A DNA stretch of 64,000 bases from Saccostrea cucullata (GCF_032062105.1 NW_026941382.1:1-64000), one strand, 5' to 3'; numbered from the stretch's first letter, positions 26,378 through 38,225 are shown. Notes: generated by a model from the letters alone, not told the origin. Made by a program: numbers and translations.

Positions 26378-27953
26378 CTTAAATAGGCTTTCTATTTTCA
26401 ACAACAGCATTTTTGAGCATCAACAGACAACAGGAAGATATATATTTATAAAATGGAAGGTTATCAATACAAAATTGCAGAATTTTATCATCAGAAAATA
26501 AAGAGCATTGAAAATAGATAAAACAGTACTGTTAAAACATGTAATAATTATATGTTTGAATCCAATGTTAAATATACATCATAACAAAATTTTCATTAAC
26601 TTCTAGGAACACTATAAAATGATATCCTTATCTCATTTCCTTATATCTCTTCTGAAATGTTCCTTGTTGTTAGCATGCCGATTTTTTTTCAATAAAAAGG
26701 AGAATTTTTCCTTATAGCTAACCATATCATATGAAGACACATTTTACTTTGATTTCTGTCCACAATTTACTTGTGGTAAAATAAGGGTAATTTTAAGTTC
26801 CCCGTTAACCTTTAATATTGATATTTGGTTTTTCCTACCCAATGTGCTCAGGTGACCAATAAATCCCACAGGCCTCTTTATTCAAATTCTGCATAAATAT
26901 TAAACGATTCAAGGTTTGTGTCCGCATAGGTATAAAACATGCGCATGTAAAGTATATTCAGCAGTATAATGGCATAATCTGCAAAGGTTTTATGACGACT
27001 TGGTAAACCTTGGCTTTACAAGTTTAACATAAAATTCATTAGCTGTCTTTTCTTCAAAATGGCTATGAACAAGTATGTCTTCGCCGTGTTTTTGCTGTTG
27101 GCAGTAATGCAAACACCAGTGAGTAATCAATGAATACAGCTGTATATATTCTTAATCTAAAACACTCTTATTTAAGGAAATAGATAATTAACTTCTTATG
27201 GATGGGTAATGGACAGAAAAGGAATGAACGGAAGGAAAACGACTTCAGTGCTCTTAGTTTGTGAAAGAAATTTTAGTTGTATGGCAGCAGATTTCAACTC
27301 TCAAGTTTTCAGGTGTCTGAGGCTGTTCTCTCAATATATGTACTGGTTGTTTTTTTTTTACTTCTGATCACGGTTTCTGTTCTCACTTCAAGTTGTAATA
27401 CTGTTAAAAGAATTATAACTCTAATAAAAAGTTGACGAATCACACTAAACGTGTACTTATATGTACATTTCTAAATTCACGCAATAGTCTGTACAGTACA
27501 AAGTAGTTAGGAAATTGGAAAATGCTCCTGATAGTGTTTCAGATATATCACCAGATTTTACAACCCCTTACTAATAAAAGGTTTAAATAGGCTTTTTATT
27601 TTCAATAGCAGTAAGAGCATCCTGAGCACATACAACAGGAAGATAAATATTTTTGAAATGGAAGGTTATCGATAAAAAAGTTTTGTCAATGAAAAATTAG
27701 TATTGTTAAAACATATAATAATTATATGTTTTAATCCAATTTAAATGTATATGGTAGCAAAATTTTCATTAACTTCTTGGAACACTATATAATGATATTC
27801 TTATTTAATTTCCTTACTTCTATTCTGAAATTTTCCGTGTTTTTATCATGCCATTTTTTTTCAACTGAAAAGGAGAATTTTTCCTTATAGCTAACCAGAC
27901 ATTATGAAGCCATATTTTACATTGATCCCTGTCCACAATTTACATGTGGTAAA
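26378..27953 (+). repeat. Direct repeat pair (~26378-26782 and ~27583-27953) bracketing exon 1 of the soluble NPC1-derived gene
   Basis: Both blocks run ttaaataggcttt...caacaggaagata...aaattttcattaacttct...gtccacaattta...gtggtaaaat. Confidence 0.85.
26931..26937 (+). promoter_or_regulatory. Candidate TATA box of the soluble NPC1-derived gene
   Basis: TATAAAA ~125 bp upstream of ATG 27059; the AT-rich background makes this weak. Confidence 0.3.
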
Positions 27954-30900
27954 ATTATTGAATAAATTTATGTTAAGAAAAAGATTTCTAATCTTTTACT
28001 TTAGAGACATCAAAATCATTTTATTCAAAATATTTATATATGTGTTTGTCTGTTATATACGGGTAAATATGTAAAAAGCAAATATTACCATACCTTTATA
28101 AAGTATTTCAAAGGTCATAGGTTACTACATGGTCTAATCACACGATGCAATAAAGACTTGTTGCATGCTTTTCATGTACAAAAATGTGCAAAATGCGCGA
28201 GTAAAATTATATTTCCTTTATTCACACTTTTTGCTGTTAATCATATTGTTGAAGACGTGATTTTAGGCTGAAAGGAAAGGTTATCAAATTTAATCTGAAA
28301 ATGTAAACCCTCTTAAAAATCGACTCAAGACTAAGAATGATGTTTTTCTTATATGATAACATTGATTTTACAAAAAAGCTACACAGAAAGTCTAACTTTA
28401 GTTGTAAAAATTGTAAGTTGTAAATATTGTTTAATTGTAAAGCAGATACTAGAATTATAAAAAAAAATGCAGTTTATATATGATATCTTATTATTAATTT
28501 ATTGTTTGTTTGAAGTATAAAGGGGCTTGGTAGAACACTTTGCGACCGATATATATCTTGTCATAAGGATTCTATCCAATTTTGAATTCCTTTATAGGTA
28601 TGGTAATCGAATTCAATTTGGTTCTTGGGGATATTAAAATCATTAAAACTGACATACGGTTTTGTGGAATCTCCATTTATTGGAAAGAAATCATTAGAAT
28701 ATGAACAAATCCAAGTTTCTTCCATGCCATTGTAAAAATAATAGGTACTGATCAAGACAATGTTTTACACAGTCTTTGTCAGCAGGAGCCAGAGCTTATT
28801 GATCATCCATATAAACTTTACTTCTTTGGTCACTTCTGAATTAGAATGAATGGTTTTCATATTGCTTTCATTGATTTTTTTCCTCCAAGAATTCTTTTTG
28901 CTCTAAATTATTCTAAATTATAATACAAAAACAGGTGAATATTCAGTAGTTTTAGATTAAACCTAATTTTTGAATTTTATGCTACGTAAAAAAGGCTTAA
29001 GGTTTTATTTGATGAGGTTTTGCATTCAAATATGTAGCTTAAGAGTAAGAATAATAAAGCCTAAAATACGACTACAGTACATTTGTATAATGTATCCATT
29101 CCCAATAATACCTGATCATCGTCAATTGATTTGGTAGAAGGCAAGATATATAATTTATATATATTTCATATATATTTATAAAATGATGATCTTGTGAATT
29201 ATCATCTTGTGGAGATTTCTTAATTAAGGTGGAAGTTAAAACTGATTTCTACCTTTAAAAAAAACTTTCACAAGAGGATAAATCCGTCATAGATTTTAGA
29301 GTCAGTCTATGCTAAAAACTCTAGTTCCTTCCCTTTTCTAGTTCATTTAAAAATAATTATACAACTACAAAGCTCCAGTTACCAATCTTCCACTTTATTT
29401 TCAGGTCAGCGTTAATGGTCAGTGTGTAATGTACTCAGAATGTGAACAAACCCCATCAGGTCCACTCCCATGTACCTACAGTGGTCAACCCATCACTCTA
29501 AAGGACCAGAAATCTCTACAAATTTTGAAAAACTACTGTCCTGATTTATATGAAGGTATTAATACGTAGATTTCACGATTTTCTTTTAAATAGTTTTCTG
29601 TTATGTTGAGAACACCACGTGGTTAAATTTAAAACATCTTTAATTCAGAGGCGCAAAATTATTTTATTCAAATTATATCATATATCTGATATCTTGAGCT
29701 CTATTGCTATATAGACTTTTAGATAGTTTTCTATTAGAGAGAAAATAGTTAAATTTAAAAGACCTTTCACTTAGGTCTTTATTTCATTCATATTATATTA
29801 TATTATACATGTGATATCACTATTTATTAAACATGCAGAGAGGAAATATCTTCATACCTGTTTCAAGTTTTTTTTAAGTCCTTACATTACTAAATCACAC
29901 AATGCAATAATATCCACGTAAAAAGACCTGCTTTTCATGTAAAAGAAAAATGTACAAAATACGCAAAAGGATCGTTTTATCATAATTTGATAGTGTTAAT
30001 CAAATTGTTTACGGCTTGACTTCAGGACCAAATGTTTTCATTGATAATTTTTTAAAAATTAAAAAAATATCTTTTATAAATTGTCTCTAGTCAAGTGAAC
30101 AAGGAAAATGTATTCCTGATATGACTACATGTATAATGCTTTAACAAACAAAAAAAGATGCAAGGTCTGATTTTAATTGTGATATAGCCTCATAGCCTTA
30201 TAGAAATATTATGTTTATGACTGAAACATTTACCAATTTTTAATTTATCTCTGAATACCCGGAAATGATATTTTCACTGTTAATTTCTCTCTTAATGTCT
30301 TCACTATTAAATTTCAGGTAGTAACACAAAAACATGTTGTGATGAAATGCAACTATCCAGCTTGGTAAAACAGACGAGACTCGTAGAACAACTATTATCA
30401 AAATGTCCATCTTGTCTACATAATTTTATGGCCATATTTTGCGAAATGACCTGCAGTCCAAAACAGAACGCCTTTCTCAAAGTTATGAATCAGGGCAAGA
30501 CAGTACATTCGCTGGATTACGTCATATCACGTGACTTTCTCTACAGCATGTTTAATTCCTGTAAGAATGTTGAACTCACAAGTGCCAATGATAAAGCCTT
30601 TTCAATCATTTGCGGCAGATCAGCCAGTGAGTGTACACCAGAGAACCTTTTAAGCTACCTTGGTTCGACGTCAAATGGTCATACCCCATTTGAAATTTCC
30701 TTTATCGAGACGAACGATAATATAACAATAGGAGGACGGGATTATCACCCAATGAACCAATCTACAATCCCCTGTTCAGAATCTTGTTCAAGTCGTGATT
30801 GTGGGGTTCCAAAGCTACCTAGACCACGCCCATGTCCTGGTGGGTCATGTTTTGATGGACAAATAAGGTATTCATTTAAAACAAATTGTTTAGAAGACCT

Positions 30901-32523
30901 CGAGATTTTTTTTCATTACTTGTATGCATAATTTCTGCAATTAGTATTTGAATACTTTTTCTATTTTAGTTTTGTTAATTCATCACGAAAATGGACTATT
31001 TGAGTTTTTGTTTGAAGTAAGTTTTAAACATTCAGTTCTTAATTCTATTTCTTGTATTTCAGACCAATTTACAGGCAAGAACAAGTAGTGATAACCAGGC
31101 CACACAACCATACTGTTGTCAGGCATTATCTTCCCCCGCCATCAAATGATCTTATGAATTACACGTCGTTATTTGACAAGAGTTTTCTACATTTAGTAAG
31201 TTATTCCACCCATACTCCTGTGGTTCATTCATAAACAATGACACCTGATCCTATATATATATATCTTTTTAGTGAGACCTTAAAAACTGAAGTATTGTCT
31301 TACGGTAGACGTTAATATAATTCCTAACAGTTCAATGGCCGTTGGTGCCGGGTAAAAGTCAAAACGTGAAGCCCTTCATCGGTATATGGTGACATCTGTA
31401 TATGGAGATATATTCTCGAATTGGACGTAAAACAGCATACAATTAATCAATCCTATATCAGTTGTAGCTGAGCCAGGTCCTCTAATCTAAAAAAGAACAA
31501 TGAGAATGATTTGCGAAAAGGAAGCTTTTTGGATTATAGTCTTTAGGTCCTAGGATCTATATAAATCAATACAGTATTTAATAACGTTATTTGTTTTCAG
31601 CTTTTAGATTTTCAACAAAGCATAAGAAATATTTCCGTTAAGTTCGAAAACCAAGACATTGGATTGAAGGATATTTGCTACAGACCACATTATGGTAGTG
31701 ATTCTTGTGCTGTATTCAGCATTCTTGAGTACTGGCAGAGTAATCACTCAAACATCGATAAAATCAAAATGGATCAATATGGATTTTTTGTCCTTGCAGA
31801 TTATTTGGATCATTTTGCATCTTGCGCAGTGTAAGTTTGCAATCCTTCTTTGGAAATTTTTTTCTACTAAAAGCTTTCATTGTTTTAAAAGTTTGGTTGC
31901 TGAAAGTTAGGGCACTATTGAAAATATATACGGTTCCACTACAAACAAATATCGTGGGGGGAGTGGGGTGTGGAAAAGGAGAATACAAGTATAAAATTTC
32001 ATCAGATTCACGTACTGCTTAAATGGTTTATAAAGTTGGAGAATAACATTCAGCAACGATTGCACACCTTCAACAGAGATTTTTTTTAATTTCATTTCAT
32101 TTTTTATCACAGTGTATCTTCAGAAATAGATACAGTGGGTCTAAACATGTCTTGCTCGTCCTCTGCAAATCAAGCCATTTATCCAAATATGGTTCTAGCC
32201 GGCTATGGAGGTAAAGTTTTTTTTGAACATTTTTTACAAAGATCTTGCAAAAATTGATATCAAGAAATTAGTGTTACTATGAAATCTCATATAGGTAACA
32301 TTATCCTTTAATAACTTTTGTTACAGGAGAAAATCAAGTAGAATATTTCAACAGTTCTACTGCTTTTGTCATCACGTTTTTGATCCAGAATTATCAGGAT
32401 GATCGCATGAATGATGTTGCACGTGCGTGGGAAGGGGAGTTTAAAAAATTCGTGCAAAACTTCCGCAGCCCCAACATGACTGTCTCAATGAATATGCCAC
32501 TTCTGGCTGATTCGTTTTACTAG
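27059..32523 (+). CDS. Transmembrane-less NPC1-derived protein: signal peptide + N-terminal sterol-binding domain + Pro linker + middle luminal domain; 7 exons, 472 aa
   Basis: Exons 27059-27118 (MAMNKYVFAVFLLLAVMQTP), 29405-29555 (VSVNGQCVMYSEC...YCPDLYE), 30318-30867 (KTCCDEMQ...KCPSC...NGHTPF...CFDGQIR), 31063-31195 (PIYRQEQVVITRP...FLHL), 31601-31830 (LLDFQ...DICYRP...DYLDHFASCA), 32113-32210 (DTVGLNMSC...VLAGYG), 32327-32523 (AFVITFLI...ARAWEGEF...PLLADSFY*). All GT-AG, intron phases identical to NPC1-A introns 1-6, 1419 nt with no stop or frameshift. Confidence 0.9.
28518..28895 (-). mobile_element. Decayed Penelope-like reverse-transcriptase fragment in intron 1 of the soluble NPC1 gene
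   Basis: Across frameshifts it reads LAPADK..NIVLISTYY...NWI...NPY...KCSTKPL, matching the Penelope RT-upstream pattern VPADKA.NNIV.VC..YY / WIPKLHK.PYK.R.IAGS.KCSTKPLS (recalled). Confidence 0.55.
31300..31452 (+). mobile_element. 5'-truncated SINE
   Basis: ...ggtgacatctgtatatggagatatattctcgaattggacgtaaaac...aatcaatc resembles the reverse complement of the 3' half of the SINE at 10880. Confidence 0.55.
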
Positions 32524-33089
32524 ACATACATAAACATGTATTTGTAACAACAGTCTTATAAAATACATCATTGCTATCTTTGTAGCGATAAAAAAATGGT
32601 TGTGGGTTTTCTTTTTTTAAATTTAACTTCTATCTTCTTTCTGTGAATGTTCAGCAATCACTGTCCAAAATTTGTCAGCGCATTTATTTCATTACTTTAC
32701 ATCATCTGTTTTATTTCTAAAAGATTTTTAAAAGTGATATTTTGATAACAAAAAGTCATTCAATAGCATTAATTCTTATGAAAATCTCAGAAAATCCTTT
32801 AATTCTTCAAAAAATAACTTTGATATTTAGTTCAGTGTCACTGAGCTTGATGAAAACAATTTTCCAGCTTATGACATTAGTCATCTAGAGAGCTAGAGAC
32901 CCAGCTTAATCAATCAAAGTCATAAAACCGTAAAAATACCTATTTTACATCGAGCTCGGAAAAGAATGGACTATACGATCAGTGACGTTGCTTATTGTGA
33001 CGTCACAATTGCTTTTCATGTTAGAAAGCGCCGAGTAGCGATCAATGCATGCTTAGCAAAAATTTATTACACTTTTACCTGGCACTTTG

Positions 33090-36000
33090 ATGAAAACAAT
33101 GGTAAGTTTGATTTTATCAATATTTATATTACGATATTTGATTTTAAATAACATTGATAGCTGTTTTATTAATTTCGCGAAAAATCGTTTTAGAATTGAT
33201 TTTTCTAATAGGATGAAGTAGCTATACTGTAACAAACAGCTGTTAAAATAATGATTTTTCAATTAGCAGAATATAACTTTTTATCTGTATTTTTCCCCTT
33301 CATTTTTACTCTTTATTTACAAGGGACGGAAATTGTAGCATATAATAGTTATAAAAGATATATGTACATCAATTATTGAACATCAATGAAAAATAATTTT
33401 CATCGGGTGCGGTTACGGATATAGGCGTTTCTATGATGGCGTTTTTTCTATTATGACGTCATAATTGTTTCGATAAAAATTAAGGGCTGTTGATAGTCAC
33501 AAAGTATAATAGGTTTGCCAAAGTAAAAATGACGGTAAACAAATTTAAACATTAATTTTTAATTTTAAAAAGTTATTTTTTTAAAAGTGTAACCTTCATA
33601 ATAAATAATGTCAAAGATATTTTTCACTGTAGGATGTGAAAGAAGGAGAGGAATACGGAAATGGTAGAAAAGTCAATGAAGGACTGAGCCAAATGAAAGT
33701 AAGTCTATCATTTTTTTTTTTAAGTTCAAAGATTTTATTTTAATGCACAAACAATTGTTCCAGAATAATATGTCTGAATTAAAAAAGGAGTTTTGACAAA
33801 AACAATAGTAACTAAAAAGTCTAGTAATAGGTTCCTTTTTTATTAAGTAGTTGACTTATGGATTTTACTCTTTTGTAGGAAACTGAGAAAGAAAAATCAA
33901 ACATTTCTCAGAACTACATGAGAAGAGACGATTTCACAGACATACCTGAGAAGATTTTAAAGGTAATTTCCATATTTTCATTTCACTCACTCACTCATTA
34001 AAAGACTAGAAAAACTGGAGTAAGTTGCTGAGAGTTTTTTAAAAGGTCAAATTTATTTTTTACCGTTTATGTTGCATTTGATTTATATTTTGGTGTATTT
34101 ACAGATTTATCTTCCGGACTGTGAAATCATAGCAAGAAAGCTGTGGAGGATCAAAGAATACGCAGAAGAATTGGACACAATTCAGACCTTTAAGAAAGGT
34201 TACCATATAGGAACTTCTTGACCAAAATGTTAAAATGCGTGTGTATTTTAAGTGATTTTCAAATGGGCTAATATTCACAGCCATTCATGATCATATTTTA
34301 ATCTAGAGAATTTAAGACTAAATGTCGAAATAATGATCATAGGTGTATTCCACTGTGATTGGTATCAAAAGCAAAAATTTTGATACTTCAGCCTTAGATG
34401 GCACTGAAATATTTTCATTTACTTACTCAAAAAAAACTAGAAAAATTGGAGTAAGTTGCTGAGAGTTTTTTAAAAGGTCAAATTTATTTTTTACCGTTTA
34501 TGTTGCATTTGATTTATATTTTGGTGTATTTACAGATTTATCTTCCGGACTATGAAACCATAGCAAGAGAGCTGTGGAGGATCAAAGAATACGCAGAAGA
34601 AGGACACAATTCAGGTAAGTGGCTTCAAAATGTTAAAATGCGTTTGTCCATTTTAAGTGATTTTCAAATAGGATAATATTTTCATGATCATATTTTAATC
34701 TAGAGAATTTAAGACTAAATGTCGAAATAATGATCATAGGTGTATTCCACTGTGATTGGTATCAAAAGCAAAATATTGATACTTATTTTACTAAAACCGG
34801 TACTTTTTACCACAATAAAAACTTGAATACAAAACATTGCAGAAAATAATATATATAAAGTATATTTCATTTATTTAAAGGGGTAGCTTGAACAAAGGAA
34901 GCATCTGAAGATTTTAGCCATTTTTGCCAGAAAACGCAGAACATGTTTATTTCTTCCTCACCTTGAGGTAAGGAATTTAAAGATAGAAATATAAAATTCA
35001 GCAGATGTTTCTAGACGAAAGTAAAATGTAACTGGCTAATGGCACAAAACCTCTGTATTTTGAATTTCACTAAGTGTTTCATTTGGCCATAATTTCCCAG
35101 AGTTTTAATAATCATAGTATCTTAAAAAGCTTCAGCTAAAGAGTACCATTTTTCATTTTAGCCATTTTTACCAGAAAACGCTGAACATGTTTATTTCTTC
35201 CGCCGATGGAGTCGGGATGACTTCAGATATTATGCGCCTTGGCTTGAGACAGTATATGTAAGTAACTTTATGTTTATATTCAACTTAACATACTAACAAA
35301 TGAAGCTGCAATTTACTTTTCAATATTTTATGGCTGTATTATGTATATTCAAATTATAAAATAACAATGGTGTCGAATTAATTCATTTCACCTTTTTGTA
35401 TTTTCTTCTAGGAAGTAGAACCATGGAATAATGTATTAACAGTAAATAACCAAGATGACAACAAACCAGAATTTGCTAGCGGGGAGGAGTACCTCGGTTG
35501 GTTGGGTCGGCAATTACCATGCCTCCAGGTATGTAAAGGTTGAAAAAACATTTGCATGTAAACTTAATTTTAAAAAAATCAGCCGAAAAGATAATTCGAG
35601 TGAATGTAGAATGAATACTATTTGTGCTTGATTTCAGGAAATCAACAAATTTGAGTCATGATAATATTTTAGCGGTACGTTTGAGCATGTTCTTTAATTT
35701 TTATTTTTTTTTTAGCCATTTTTGCCACAGAATGCAGAACATTTCTATTTTTGCCGTCGTTGGAGTCGGAATGATTTAAGATATTACGCGCATTATCTTG
35801 ACACGCATCTTGTAAGTATAGCTTTTTATTACATAAAGCTTATAGCATATCAATTTTATTTCATAATTAAATCATAAATACCATCAACAAATGAAAGTAA
35901 AAGGCACTATTCATTTCATTAAATTTAGATAAAATTTAAAACAACAAGGCTTGTGATTTATGAATCCAATTTTAATAGCCTATTGTAATATTTCCAGGAA

Positions 36001-38225
36001 GAAGACATCGGGGAAAGTTTGACAGGTGAAAATGATGAAGATGACATTAAACCAGAATCTGCAGCTGCTAGTGGGTTATGTCGACAGCCACCAGGTCTAG
36101 AAGTAAGTGCCCTACCTTTTACATTTTGACATTACAGTATTGAATAATTTTATCAAAACCATTAGTATTATTACACTAAAATTGGATCTTATGTTGCTTA
36201 GTTGCATACAAAATTATCAACATAATGTTATGGGGCCTAAAATAAAATTAAGTTTTTTGCTTAGTTGCGACCCAAACTTTTTTTAGCCAAATTTGATTTT
36301 TTTTTTCAATTTTTCAGAATATAATGTTTTCAAATTTTGGTTTTTTACATTTTTGCCTTATTTGTAGTAGGTGTATGAAAACCTCTTTTAATTGTTATCT
36401 TACAAAAATCTAATTTTTTATTTACGCTAAAAATTATATGTGTGCAAACAAAGAATGTTGGCCTGGTACATTGTTGCCATTTTGTATTTACCGGTAAATT
36501 TTGTATTTACCGGATGACAGTAAATACACCCAGTAAATTCAAAATTTAAACATAACACTTGTTACAAATTTGATTGGCGAAAGTTACAATGCTATATACC
36601 TGTTCTGTACATTTCCATTTTTTGGTCATTTTTAGGTCAACTTATTTTCGCCTATCAGAGTTTACAAATGATATTTAGAGTACGAATTTCCAACTGGTTT
36701 AAGATAACATTTAGATATATTATAGGTCGAAATAAGGTTTAAATATGGTCAGTTAATTTTTCAAGTCTTTATATCTAATTAATTAATTTTTTTTTTCAGG
36801 AGGAGAATGAAAACAAAGAATATATTAAGGAATGCTGTGTCAATGGCCATGATACAGACACAAAGGAGTTAGAAGTCAGTAGATATTCTAAATATTCGTC
36901 AATTGTCATGGAAATAGGAAACAGCAAATATGCTAGTGAAGCACTGAAATCAATTTTTAAAAACAGGTTGTATTTTTTTTTTTTTGTAGGATGAAGTGAA
37001 TCCGTACATCAAGTTGATGTTACAGCCTACTGTATTCTATGTGGAGGTCTTAATGACACAGGTATGGGGCCATTCTCACATTTCTCATCTGTCCCTTTAA
37101 AAAACTGGAAATATTGAAATTCTGTAAGTCATGAACTATACATGTATGTATTTTATTTTTAGAATCCGTTGTCATTGGTTGAAATTTGCTCTAAAAGCAT
37201 CCCCACAGAGCTGACAAGAGACATGAGTCGCTTTGAAGATAAGACAACTCTCAGTGATTATGAACAACCAACAGAACAGGTATTTCCTAGGAAGTCATAC
37301 TGTAAACCAACTTTTATTCGCAACGACTCAGCTTTCAATTTTCTTCCTCATTCAGTTTATACATATGAGTTTTATAATTTGTGTTTACAGAAATGCCAGA
37401 AGGCTAGAAAATGGAATTCGTCTTTCAAGTTCAAGTTCTTACGCAGAAACGTATGTAAATTCCAATGTTTCTCGTTTACATCGTGAATAATAGAAAAACT
37501 GAATCATTTTTGTATATGATTCATTCACAGCACCTGTATACTTTTACTAAAAGATTAATGGTGAAACTTGCAAACTACTCGTAACCAAAATTCATGAAGC
37601 TAAAAGTATTCACATAATGTAAGCTTAGGTATATAGGACAATTTCCACTTTAGCTTGGACTTTCAGTGAGGCGTTGCATTCTCAACGTTACATACATGTA
37701 ATTAGCTTCTGAAATTTACACAGCTTTCCTTCACTGTTGAAATATACATGGGACAGAAATTTGGGCAAATGCTAATTAGTGTGTCGAATAGCCAGTAACA
37801 TTGTCTCGTCCAGCAAAGAGGTGGAGCTTAAGTTGTCTCATCCTTGTCAACAACAATTTAAAAGAAAACAATTTAATTTCTTAAGTTATTTTAAATTTCT
37901 TAATCAATAATTGAGAATCTATTCGCCAATTTCACAGACGCTAATTACTTGTGTGAGCGTGACCTCTTACAAGTAAAGAAGTAGAAGTAGAATGCCACGC
38001 CTTACGGAGAGTCCAAACTTACATGCAAATAGTTCTATCTTACCTGTATTAAATGACTGATCCCAGAATATACACACAAGCTAGATTTAAAGAAAACACC
38101 AGAAAATTACTGGCAGGATTTATTAATGTTACGTATGATTGACATTTTATTTTTTTCATTTTTAGAGGAAGGATAGAGAAGACAAGAAGAGATCTCCTGG
38201 TTTCCTCTCCCGGTTTTTTCGTTAG
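33090..38225 (+). CDS. Orphan multi-exon gene (unknown product) with short, mostly phase-0 exons and internal exon duplications
   Basis: Open AG/GT-bounded exons with lengths divisible by 3: 33633-33698, 33879-33962, 35162-35257, 35412-35528, 35716-35811, 35998-36102, 36800-36874, 36990-37061, 37163-37279, 37391-37450, 38166-38225 (stop). 34536-34614 + 34918-34967 together = 129 nt. Candidate start exon ATG AAA ACA ATG|gtaagt at 33090-33101. No recognisable domain. Confidence 0.6.
34005..34785 (+). repeat. ~431-bp tandem duplication containing an exon
   Basis: Near-identical blocks; acceptor tacag|ATTTATCTTCCGGAC at 34105 and 34536. Confidence 0.9.

Noticed and set aside
30347-30931. Treating the plus-strand NPC1-like ORF as a pseudogene fragment or single-exon gene
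   Set aside because: It splices in phase with six other exons into an intact 472-aa ORF; the ORF-track tail after 30867 is intron.
35638-35674. Extra exon of the plus-strand orphan gene
   Set aside because: 37 nt, gives a stop in phase 0 and leaves only a 41-nt intron; likely a decayed or skipped exon.
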